Positions 26,379-37,558 of a stretch of 50,077 nt of DNA are shown here, piece by piece. Source of the stretch: Reclinomonas americana ATCC 50394. Taxonomy: Eukaryota. The translations under genes and the position numbers were made by a program. Below the pieces are notes generated by a model. It saw only the letters and a list, made by a program, of their open reading frames with translations, ran no database searches and was not told where the DNA came from. Each line of letters opens with the position of its first letter. The stretch's first letter is position 1. Location: positions 7,520 to 57,596 of the forward strand of contig PS015397.1 in assembly GCA_048213135.1 (NCBI GenBank), in the 5' to 3' direction.

Positions 26379-26699
26379 CGTAGACCGTACGACGAACGGA
26401 CGAACCGAACGGAAGGGGTAAGGTAAGGNNNNNNNNNNNNNNNNNNNNNNNNNNNNNNNNNNNNNNNNNNNNNNNNNNNNNNNNNNNNNNNNNNNNNNNN
26501 NNNNNNNNNNNNNNNNNNNNNNNNNNNNNNNNNNNNNNNNNNNNNNNNNNNNNNNNNNNNNNNNNNNNNNNNNNNNNNNNNNNNNNNNNNNNNNNNNNNN
26601 NNNCGAACGTTAACGAACGAACGAACGAACAACGAACGAACGAACGAACGAACGAACGAACGAACGAACGAACGAACGAACGAAGAACGAACGAACGAC

Positions 26700-26781
<82 letters not shown>

Positions 26782-27589
26782 AGCGATAAAGCACTGATCA
26801 ATCGTAACATGAATGAAGTGATCAGACCTGGCGGAGGCGGCAGCGGTGGAGGGGGAGGTCGCACCAAGAGATGTTGGCGGCGGGGTGAGAGTGCAGGCTG
26901 CGCAGCGAGGCGATCGAGAAATTCGGCCACCTGCTGACTTCCTTTTTCGCGTGCCCACTGCGCCGCCGTCTTGCCCTTCTTGTTGACCATGAGAATGAGG
27001 TCGGGGAAGCGAGTGGCGAGGTACTGCACCATGACATCGTGTCCATTCGCGGCAGCATAGTGCAGCGCAGTGGACTGTGGATCGCTGTCTCGGTCATTGG
27101 TTACCGCCCGCACCATCTCCGGCGGACAACGTTGCTCATCGGCCAGCAACCACTCCACCACGTGCAGCCGCCCAGAGGCGGCAGTCACCATCAACGGCGT
27201 TCGCCCACGATCGCTGACCATTCGCGCAAGTTGTGGGCCGACACCGCTCTCTTCCCACAAGTACTCCAATACAGTGAGATGACGATTGGCGGCGGCACAG
27301 TAGAACGCCGAGCAGCCGAACGCATTCAGCTCATCTCTCTTCAGCAGCGTCTGCTCTCCCTCACTCGCCACTAACTCGCGCAGTGCCTTCACATCGCCGT
27401 CGTTCCCCATCTCCCATGCTCTCTTCCTCAGTTGGTTCCGAGGAGACGAGCAGCCAGAACTGGAAAACACACACACACACACCACCACCACCACCACCAC
27501 CACAACAACAACAACAACAACAACAACAACAGCAACAATGAGAGAATATCGACACAGAAGCACTTACCGAATGGTGAGACGCACCTCAT
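22784..27589 (-). CDS. Type-B gene copy 2 (complete): ankyrin-microexon-coiled coil-DZIP3-like HEPN RNase-TKL-like kinase
   Basis: ATGAG 27589-27585, ANK 27459-26828, microexon 26241-26228, CC 26159-25574 and 25472-25148, HEPN exons 25081-24935, 24874-24604, 24543-24366, kinase exons to the stop at 22784. RHRMSH at 24513-24496; VAYK, HRDLKPQN, DFG and YAAPE present. Confidence 0.88.
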
Positions 27590-27899
27590 TTCCCGATGCT
27601 GTGAACTGGGGGTATTCCAGCTACTATCGACTCTCGCGCGTGCTCTCTCTCTCTCTCTCTCTCTCAGAGGCACAATCTCCTCCGCGCGTGGTGAAGTAAC
27701 GCGTCGATTTCTCGTGTCCTGTATCCCAACAGCGGACAGCGGCTCGAATCACGCCAACGTCGCGCTCTTTTGCTCACAACGACAGACTGCGCTGCCACAT
27801 CATCTACGCGCACACACCACTCACCTCTCTCCCTGTCTCTCCTCTCTCTTTTCACCTGCGGCGTGTCCTGTGTGAACGAATTAATTGTCACACGTCACC

Positions 27900-28279
27900 A
27901 TGACGACCATGAGCGATCATCGGCCTCTGTTTGAGATCCTTGCGGAGCAGTCTGCGCGGAGACGAGATAATGGGCCGGTGCCGAAGTTGGAGGAACTGTG
28001 TTTGCGGGTGATCAGAACGCATTTGAGAGGTGGGGGGTGGAAGGGGAGAAGGGAGGGAGAGAGAGAGTNNNNNNNNNNNNNNNNNNNNNNNNNNNNNNNN
28101 NNNNNNNNNNNNNNNNNNNNNNNNNNNNNNNNNNNNNNNNNNNNNNNNNNNNNNNNNNNNNNNNNNNNNNNNNNNNNNNNNNNNNNNNNNNNNNNNNNNN
28201 NNNNNNNNNNNNNNNNNNNNNNNNNNNNNNNNNNNNNNNNNNNNNNNNNNNNNNNNNNNNNNNNNNNNNNNNNNNNNNN

Positions 28280-28312
<33 letters not shown>

Positions 28313-28316
28313 AGAG

Positions 28317-28350
<34 letters not shown>

Positions 28351-28535
28351 AAGAGAGAGAGAGGGAGACAAGGCGTGTGAGTATGTGAGTGAGAATGAGT
28401 GAATGCATGAGGGGAGAGCGTGATGAGTAAGTGTGTTTGTGTGTGTGAGAGAGAGAGAGAGAGAGAAAGCGCATGAGTAAGTGAGCGTAAAGAGTGAATA
28501 CATGAGTGTGTGTGTGTGTGTGAGAGAGAGAGAGA

Positions 28536-28566
<31 letters not shown>

Positions 28567-31500
28567 GCAGTGAGCAAGGGAGAGTGAGTGCAACAGAGAG
28601 TAATGCGAGTGAGACGGGAGTGAGAATGAGAGAGATCGGTGTGTGTGTGAGAGAGAGAGAGAGATAAGCAGCAATGAGTGACGTTGAGAGCAATGATGGG
28701 AAGCTTGCAGGAGCGAGATTGGTTGCCTGTGCCGTCGTGCATGCATGAGTCTTCAGCAGGCGGAAAGGAGAAAGAGGGTGCTTTCGATGAGTGTTTTCTC
28801 ACTCTCTCCGCTCTCACCGTGCTGTCGTACCTCCTCACCCACTTCTTGCCTCTCTTCTCTCCCCCCGATATACATCTCTCGCATCATCCCTCAAGCTCCC
28901 TTTCTCTCCCTGTTTGTTGCAGGATTGGGCTTTGTTGGCGGCATTCCGGATTACCTGCTGACGGAGATGTTGAGGGTGAGTTGCTGCGTTGCGCACAGGG
29001 TGATTTGCTGAGCGCTTCGTCGACGAAGTCTTTGTCTCACAATCGCACCCACTGCTACACCGTCGCTCGCATATCATTGTCGCCACCTCACTCTTCCCTT
29101 TCCTCGCACCACTCGCACTCTCTCCCTCCCTCTCGCTCATTCTCTCTTCCCGTCGCTCGCTCCACTTGCAGTCGCTCACTCGCATCTGTTCGCTCTGTCG
29201 CCTTCTCACTCCCGAACTTTGGCTTTCCACCCTCTGACGCTCTTCATCTATCGCCTTTTCACTCGCCTTGTGACCCAGTTGCCGACCGTCCCTTTTTATG
29301 TGACTTCACTGAGGGCGTTCTGCCTTGCGGAATCGCACTCAGTCGTTCATCAAGTCTATCGCTCGCTTCTCTTCCCGTTCTTGCCTCCTCCCATTTCTCC
29401 TCGTTTTATTCTCTTTTCCTTTCGCCTATCTCCGCCCTCTTTCCCCCCTTCTCCTTCTCCCTCACCCCACCTCTCCCGTCCACTTATTCCCCAGGACGCC
29501 TCCGTGGCCGACCTAAGTCGCATCGGTTTGTCCCCTTTTCCATCCCTCCCCCTCCCTCCCCTCCCTCTCACCCCGCGCCACAGAACTCGCCAACCCCTCC
29601 CGCCAACTGCCGACGGACGAAATGTGGCACAAGCACTGCACATTCAAGTACGGCATCCCCGCCGACGCACCGAGACCAGAGTGCGGCTGGAAACAGCACT
29701 ACGTGGTGCGCGCAGGATGCGCAGCCTCTCCTCTCCCTTGTCCCCTTCTCACCCTCATGCCCTCCCAAGAACCTCGGCTTGCAAAAGAAGAAAGAGAACG
29801 ACGAAATCCTGCAGCGCTCCCTCAAAATCGCCTCAGTGATTCTCGACGAGCAGGCGCAAGGTTCACTGCCTCCTCCCTTCTCCCCCTTCTCCATTCCCCC
29901 TCTCACCCTTGCCCGTCACAGAGGCCCCCGTTGTCAAGACGGTCCCACAGTGGGNNNNNNNNNNNNNNNNNNNNNNNNNNNNNNNNNNNNNNNNNNNNNN
30001 NNNNNNNNNNNNNNNNNNNNNNNNNNNNNNNNNNNNNNNNNNNNNNNNNNNNNNNNNNNNNNNNNNNNNNNNNNNNNNNNNNNNNNNNNNNNNNNNNNNN
30101 NNNNNNNNNNNNNNNNNNNNNNNNNNNNNNNNNNNNNNNNNNNNNNNNNNNNNNNNNNNNNNNNNNNNNNNNNNNNNNNNNNNNNNNNNNNNNNNNNNNN
30201 NNNNNNNNNNNNNNNNNNNNNNNNNNNNNNNNNNNNNNNNNNNNNNNNNNNNNNNNNNNNNNNNNNNNNNNNNNNNNNNNNNNNNNNNNNNNNNNNNNNN
30301 NNNNNNNNNNNNNNNNNNNCCATGATGGACAAGCGAAGAGGTCGCGCGCGAAAGGTGCTCCATGGCGGCGGAAGAGGAGGAGGCGGCAGTAGTGGCGGCG
30401 GCGGTCGCGGGGCCGCCAAGCCAGTGACCGGGTCGATGTTGCTCGATGCGCTGCGGCGGGATGTGAGGGATGAGATGTTGCGTGAGAGGGGGAAAGAGAG
30501 GGGAAGGATGGGGGAAGAGTAGGAGTGAAGGGAGAGAGAGNNNNNNNNNNNNNNNNNNNNNNNNNNNNNNNNNNNNNNNNNNNNNNNNNNNNNNNNNNNN
30601 NNNNNNNNNNNNNNNNNNNNNNNNNNNNNNNNNNNNNNNNNNNNNNNNNNNNNNNNNNNNNNNNNNNNNNNNNNNNNNNNNNNNNNNNNNNNNNNNNNNN
30701 NNNNNNNNNNNNNNNNNNNNNNNNNNNNNNNNNNNNNNNNNNNNNNNNNNNNNNNNNNNNNNNNNNNNNNNNNNNNNNAGAGAGCAAGCCTGTGATTGAT
30801 AGGATAGCAGTGACGGAAGGAAGCAGCTGAGAGATGGAAAGTGAACGGTTCCGTTTCTCAGCGAGTTTCAGCTTTCTCTCGCACTCTCTTCCGTCCTTGT
30901 ACTCCCCTCTCTTCTTTCTCTTTGTTCACCCTGCTCTTCCACCTTGCTCTTTTATGTTGCTCTTCTCCCTTCTCTTCTTGCTCCCTTCCCTTTGCTCTTT
31001 TTCCTGCCATCTTCCCCACTCTTGCGCCTTCTCTTCCCCCTTCTCTTCCCCTATGCTCGTATCCCCTTGCTCTTCCCCCGGCCATTTTCCCCTCTCCTCC
31101 CCTTCTCCTCCTCGTGTTTTTCCCCTTCTCCTTCCCCCTTGCTCACTCCCCTTGCTCATTACCCTTGCTCATTCCCTTCGCTCTTCCCCTTGCTCATTCC
31201 CGTTGCTTTTCTCCCTTCTCCCCCTTCTCCCCCTTTTCCCTCCCTTCCCCCTTCTCCCCCTTCTCCCCCTTTTCCCCCTTTTCCCCCTTCCCCTCCCCCT
31301 CCCCACAGCAAACGCGACGCCATCAAACTCGAACGCAGCAAGCTCGACGCCGCCCCACCGCCCAAAACCACCCCCACCCCCACCCGCACACCACCACCAC
31401 CACCACCACCCTCCCGCCCACGATCCTCCCCAGCCCCCACCACCACCACCGTGAGGNNNNNNNNNNNNNNNNNNNNNNNNNNNNNNNNNNNNNNNNNNNN

Positions 31501-31968
31501 NNNNNNNNNNNNNNNNNNNNNNNNNNNNNNNNNNNNNNNNNNNNNNNNNNNNNNNNNNNNNNNNNNNNNNNNNNNNNNNNNNNNNNNNNNNNNNNNNNNN
31601 NNNNNNNNNNNNNNNNNNNNNNNNNNNNNNCACCACCTCCACCTCCTCCTCCTCCACCACCTCCACCAGCCAGCAAGCCACACCACCAATCCGTCCACAT
31701 GTCGGCCGCCGTGCGCGCCCACCGCCTGGAGCACGCACGACAAGCGCGCTCCCAGTCCGTCTCCCCAGCACCCACCCCATCACCACGAATAACACCCACT
31801 GTCTCGCCTCCCTCCTCCTCCACAACAGCAGCAACAGCAACGTCGACGTCGAGCAGACCACCAGCACCCGGCTCTGGTGTGTTCCGCTTGCAGAAGCGGG
31901 CGGCGGAGAGTGCGGAGGCGGAAGAGGCGCCGGAGAAGAAGCGGAGGAATGTGGAGTGCGGGCAGTGA
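27900..31968 (+). CDS. Elongin A-like protein (multi-exon, gaps)
   Basis: BC-box-like VPKLEELCLRVI, then LGFVGGIPDYLLTEMLR, DLSRIELANP..TDEMWHKHC..F, WKQHY, matching the Elongin A domain pattern; Pro-rich tail ends EKKRRNVECGQ*. Confidence 0.75.
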
Positions 31969-32244
31969 AAAGAGGAGGAGAGGGAGAAGGGTGTCCTGTC
32001 GTTGTTGGCCGGAAAAAAGGCAGTGCCGGCGCGAGGTGCAGGAGGAAGAGTCTATTTCCCCGACTTTCTCCGTGCCAGTGAGGAAGCATCGAGACGACGT
32101 CGCCTTTGCATCTCCTGTCCGCCAATGAAACGGGACACGAACGGAAAAAAGGAAGTGCACGAGGCAGAGAGAGGGAGAGAGTGAGAGCGAGTGTGTGTGT
32201 GTGAGAGAGAGAGAGCACGCCACTGTTGTATTCTCTCAAAGAAA

Positions 32245-34758
32245 ATGAGGTTTGCTGTGATGTTGTCATGTGGCATTCTTTCTCTCGCACTCTCACTCGC
32301 GCTTCTGCTTTTGCCTCTTTGGTGGCAGTGCTCCTCGGAAGAAAGCATGGCAGATGGGCGAGTATGGCGATGTGAAGGCACTGCGCGAGTTGGTGGCGCG
32401 TGAGGGTGCACGCACTCTGCTGAGGAGAGAGGAGATGAATGAGAATGGCAGCACGGCATTTCACTGGGCCGCTGGCAGAGGCCATCTCTCTGTGTTGGAG
32501 TATTTGTGGGAGGAGAGTGGTGTCGGGTCACAACTCGCACAAATGGTCAGTGAATATGGATGGACGCCACTGATGATTGCTGCCAACAATGGGCATCTGC
32601 AAGTGGTGGAGTGGTTGCTTGCCCATGAGCGACGATGTCCGCCGGAGATGGTGCGGGCGGTCACCAATGACCAATGGAATCCGCAGTCCACCGCGCTACA
32701 CTATGCTGCCAAGTATGGTCACGAAGCCATTGTGCGACTCCTCGCCATTCGCTTCCCCGACCTCATTCCCATGGTCGACAAGCGGGGCAAGACGGCGGCT
32801 CAGTGGGCACGCGACAAAGGCGAGCAACACGTGGCCGAGTTGCTCGATCACCTCGCTGCGCTACCAGCACCACCACGCCAACAGCAACAACTACAGCAGC
32901 CGCGATCCCCGCCTCCTGCAGGTATGACCTCCATAATGTCTCTTGGCAAGTTGTGTTCGTGCTCACGCTCCACCATCTGTGGTTTGTCCTTGTGTGTGTC
33001 GTTCCTGGCGAATATGCAGTGCCAGCACGCCAGGTGAGACGGAGAGTGCCACTCTGTGCTTCCTGTTGCTCGTGAAACTCACTTCTCACATCCGTTCCGT
33101 GTCTCCCTCGCACTCTCGTAAATTGCAGTCGGCTGTTGATGATCCCACCGTCGCACGCCAGCTCGCCGACAAGGACGTACTCCTTGTGCAGCTGCAGCGC
33201 GATCTTGCCGCAGCGCAGCAGGAGCGGGAGCAGCAGCAACGGGAATGGGATCGACAGCGACGAGAGCACGAGGACATTGTCGCCCAACTGCAACAAGCCA
33301 GTGCAGAGCTCGAAGGAGACAAGGCCGAGGAGCTGCAGAATATTGCCCAGTTGCAGCGAATCATCGCGGAGCTTGAGCGAGCCAAGGTTGAGGAACAGCA
33401 CAAGGTCGCCCAACTGCAGGCGGCGGTGGGCGAATGGGAGCGAGCTCACGTTGACGGACAACATCAAATCGCGCAATTGCAGCAAGCCAACTTGGAATGG
33501 CAACAAGCTCACGCCAGTGAGCAGCAGAGGAATGCTCAATTGCAACAAGCCAATGCTGAATGGCAACAAGCTCATGGTCAATTGCAGCAAGCTCATGGCC
33601 AACTGCAGGATCAGCTGACTGCGGCTCTGCGCGACAAGGACGATCTCACCGCGCAGCTGCAAGCAAGCAATCAACTCGTATCTCAGCTGCGACAGGATCT
33701 CCTCCTCACCCAAGGTCTGTGGTGTGAGTCCTTCATTCTCACCCATTTCTCACTCCCTTCCCTCTCGTTCCACAGTCGACACCGCCGTGCAGCGCTTCGA
33801 GTGGCCCGAGATCGTGCAAGCCACCAACTCATTCTCTCCCCGCCTCAAGGTCGGCGAGGGTGGCCAGGGTGCCGTCTTCATCACTCTTCTCCGCGAGATG
33901 CACGTGGCCATCAAGGTGCTCGATCCCGAAGCACCGTGGACGATGGAGTCGTTTGAGAGTGAGGTCGGTGTCTCTCTCCTTTTTCGCTGCCTTCTCTCTT
34001 TCTCCTCATCCTTCTCTTCCCGTCTCCCAGGTTGCCACCCTCGGACGCCTGCGTGACCGTCGCATTGTGCCACTTGTCGGCTACTCGGTGGGCGACGACA
34101 AGGCACGCTGTCTCGTGTACAAGGCTCTGCAGTGCGTTTCCATCTCTCTCTCTCTCTCTTTTTCTCCATCATCGTCTCACTGTGAAAGCACACAGAGTTC
34201 CCAATCTGGAGGATCTGTTGCTGCTGCCACGCGCCGGTCGTGCACCACTCTCTGTCGTGCAGCGTGTGCAGATTGGTCTCGGGCTGGCCGAGGCCGTGGC
34301 GTTCCTGCACAAGGTTTGTGCGATGTGGATGCCTTTCTTCATCTCCCATTCACCCTCGCTATGCCTTTGCGTTCTTCGCTCTTCTTTCTCAATGTCACTC
34401 TACTCATGTTCTTGTCTCTCGTGCTTCTACTTTATCTTGTCTCTCGTGCTTCTACTTTACCACTCTTCTGTCTCTCTTGGTCACCCTTGCCCTCTTTACG
34501 TTGCTCATTATTCTCTTCTGTCTTCGTCACTCTGTGCCTTACTTGTCACTCCTGGTTCTCTGATTCCCACTGCTCTCTTTCCCGTCTTGTTGTGTTTTAC
34601 GCTTTGTTCTCGCCTCTCTTACCTCTCCTCGCAGAATGAGGTGGTGCATCGCGACATTAAGCCCTCCAATGTGCTTCTCGATCACCGCTACGAGCCATGT
34701 CTTGGTGACTTTGGCATTGCGCGGTCGATTGCAGATGGCAAGGTCTGTTTCCATTCAG

Positions 34759-34792
<34 letters not shown>

Positions 34793-35178
34793 ACGCCTGC
34801 TCACATTCCCTCATCTCACAGACCACGACCGCCGCCGGTACACTGGACTACATGGACCCACTGGCGATGCGTGTCCGTCGCCCGCAACCCAAACACGACG
34901 TGTACAGCATGGGTGTAGTGCTGGCGCAGCTGGTCACTGGCAAGCCCGTGGCCACGGTGGTGGATTGGTCCGTGGAGTGGGACGACTCGCCAGCCTCGCT
35001 GCGTCCAATGGAACTGGCGGATCGTGGAGCAGAGTGGACACCGCGCATCGCCGAGCCAATGTTTGAACTCGGCATGCGGTGCATGAGCATGCAACCGAAG
35101 CGACCGACGGCGCAGGAGGTGCTCGATGTGATGCGTGCACTGCGCGAGGCGTGTGGGCAGTTTACGCTGGAGCTTTAA
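32245..35178 (+). CDS. Type-A gene copy 2 (complete): ankyrin-microexon-coiled coil-IRAK/Pelle/RLK-type kinase
   Basis: Exons 32245-32249 (ATGAG), 32329-32921, 33020-33033, 33129-33714, 33776-33963, 34031-34131, 34196-34313, 34635-about 34743, 34822-35178. Kinase nearly identical to copy 1. Confidence 0.9.
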
Positions 35179-35622
35179 GATTGAAGGAACATGACAATCT
35201 CTCTTCTGTTTTCAACCACACCATCAACCAACGTACGACGCTTCCACTGTTTTTGCTTTGCTTGTCGACCCTTGTGGACGACGAGTGCAACTTCACGACA
35301 AATCTGCATGCAAATCCTGTCAGTCGTGTCCAGTTTGTCTCGGAAAATTGCACTCATCATGGAGAGAACGCCAAGCACTTTGCGTGTATGCGTTGCGTCT
35401 TGTGTCCCTCTCCTTGTCTTGTCTTGTGCGATTTTGTTCTCTCACTGCGTGGTCAGACGTGGAATGTTCACATGTGGGTGAGTTGTGTGATTGGAGAGAG
35501 AGAGAGAGGGTGTGTGTGTGAGAGAGAGAGAGGTGTGTGTGAGAGAGAGAGAGAGGAGGTGTGGAGAGAGAGAGAGAGAGGAGGGAGGGAGGAGAGAGAG
35601 AGNNNNNNNNNNNNNNNNNNNN

Positions 35623-36040
35623 GCGATTTCACGAGACAAGTCAAGAAAGACAGTGAGTTGAGAGAGAGAGAGAGAGAGAGAGGAGAGTAGCACAGGAGCT
35701 GCCCTGCAGCTCATCTAGCGTACAGTCGACATTTCGTTTGTGACATCACGAGACAAGTCAGGAGGCAGAAGTGAGAGAGAAACACACGCAACACAGAGTG
35801 TGCGTGTGTGATAGAGAGAGAAGTTGACGGCAGCTGCAACTCAGCTGCATCGAGACAAGTCAAGAGAGACTGTGAGTTTGAGAGAAAGAGAGAGAGTGCG
35901 TGAGAGAGAGAGAAGAAGAAGAAGAAGAGGAGGAGGAGGGCACTTGCAGTGCAACTCAACTGCATCCAGCACACCGTCGAGGTTTATGGCGATTTCACGA
36001 GACAAGTCAAGAGAGACAGTGAGCTTGAGAGAGAGAGAGA
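35623..36040. repeat. Four spaced copies of CGAGACAAGTCA(A/G)G..AG..GTGAG followed by (GA)n, about 120-bp period
   Basis: Copies near 35630, 35747, 35851 and 35997 in the intergenic region upstream of the EEP gene. Confidence 0.7.
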
Positions 36041-36156
36041 GCGGGAGAGGAAGAGAGAACACAGACAGCACGTCAACTGCGTTAGCTTTGTTGGCAGACC
36101 CAAGAAATTATAAGAAACAAAAGCAGCAACGGAGGAGAGGTTGAAAAGTCGTGAGA

Positions 36157-37525
36157 TGTCGGCTCAGGAGTTGGGCGGCTGTGCATTGCTGCTCTCTCCT
36201 CCCCGATCGTCGCCACCCTCTCGTGTTAAAATGGAGAAAGATTGTACACACGCTCAGATGCTGGAAGTGAAGGGGAGGGGGGAAGCGACACGCACATTGC
36301 ACAAGAATGCAACGAAGTATGTGCATTGTTCTCTCTCTCTCTCTCTCTCGCCGTGCTCCTTTCGCTCTCGCCTACTCCGCTCTCCTTGGTCACCTTCACC
36401 ATATCCGCCGTTTGTCTTCTTACTCTCTTGACAATCCTTTTAACTCTGTCTCAACTCCTCACTTGAATGCAAGTTCTCCCTTGTCGACTTGTTTCCTCCT
36501 TACTACACAAGTATTCTTCGCCTTCGCTCTTACTCTATCCTCTCATCCCTCCAATCTCCTTCCTCCCCCATGACCCCCTTCTCCCTATCATGCCCTTTTC
36601 CCCTTCCTTTTCATCTCCCTTCCCCTTCATCTCCCTTCCCCTTCATCCCCTTCCCCTATTCCCTTCCCCTTTATCCCCCTTCCCCTTTAACCTCCCCTTT
36701 ATTCCCAGACCGACCTCCCCACCACCACCCTCAACGGCCGCGGCATCTCCTCCACCCTCCTCCACCTCCACCCCGACATCATCGCCCTCCAAGAGGTCAT
36801 CGACCCCTTCGACGGCGAAGCCGACTCTGTCGCCGACGCCTTTGATGCCGTGGAGCGCGACCCCACCATCTCCCAAGTGCGCCGCGTGGCCGACGCCCTG
36901 CACATGCCCTTTGTGCACTTTGCGCCCGCCCAAGGCAACTTCGGCAACGCGCTGCTGGCGCGCTGGGTGCCCGACGCCGTGCTGCAGCAGCCGTTGAGTG
37001 CCGACCGAGTGGCGGTGGCGGCGCGTTTCGCGGCGCTCGGCGTCGACGTGGTGACCACGCATCTGGATCATGTGAGCGAGAGCAAGCGGCTGGCGCAGTG
37101 GAGCGTGTTGCGCGAGTGGCGGAGGAGCGACGAGTGTGCCGAGTGGCCGCACTTGGTTGTCGGTGATTTGAATGCGGTGTCGCAGGGGGATTATGTGGCG
37201 GACGCGGAGGAGGAGTTTTGGGCGGAGCTGGCGGAGAATGGTGATGGGCAGGTGATGAATAAGGTGGAGGTGGGTAAAAGGGAAGGGGGTAGGGAAAGAG
37301 AGAGAGGAGAGAGAGAGAGAGAGAAAAGAGAGAGGGAGAGAGGGAGGGAAGAGAGCGAGAGAGAGAGAGGTTTGGGAACGAGAGAGAGCGAGAGAGACGG
37401 AGAAAGGGAAGCAGAGAGAGTGAGAGAGTAGAGAACGAGGGCGCCACTCACTCACCTGAAGCAAGATCTGTGACGAGGAAGCAGGATGAGATTATTGCAC
37501 TCGATCGGCCTTGCTCTTGTGTGTT

Positions 37526-37558
<33 letters not shown>

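Noticed and set aside
35623-36040. Spaced repeats superficially like a CRISPR array (also 17085-17960)
   Set aside because: Degenerate repeats, low-complexity irregular spacers, eukaryotic context and no cas genes.
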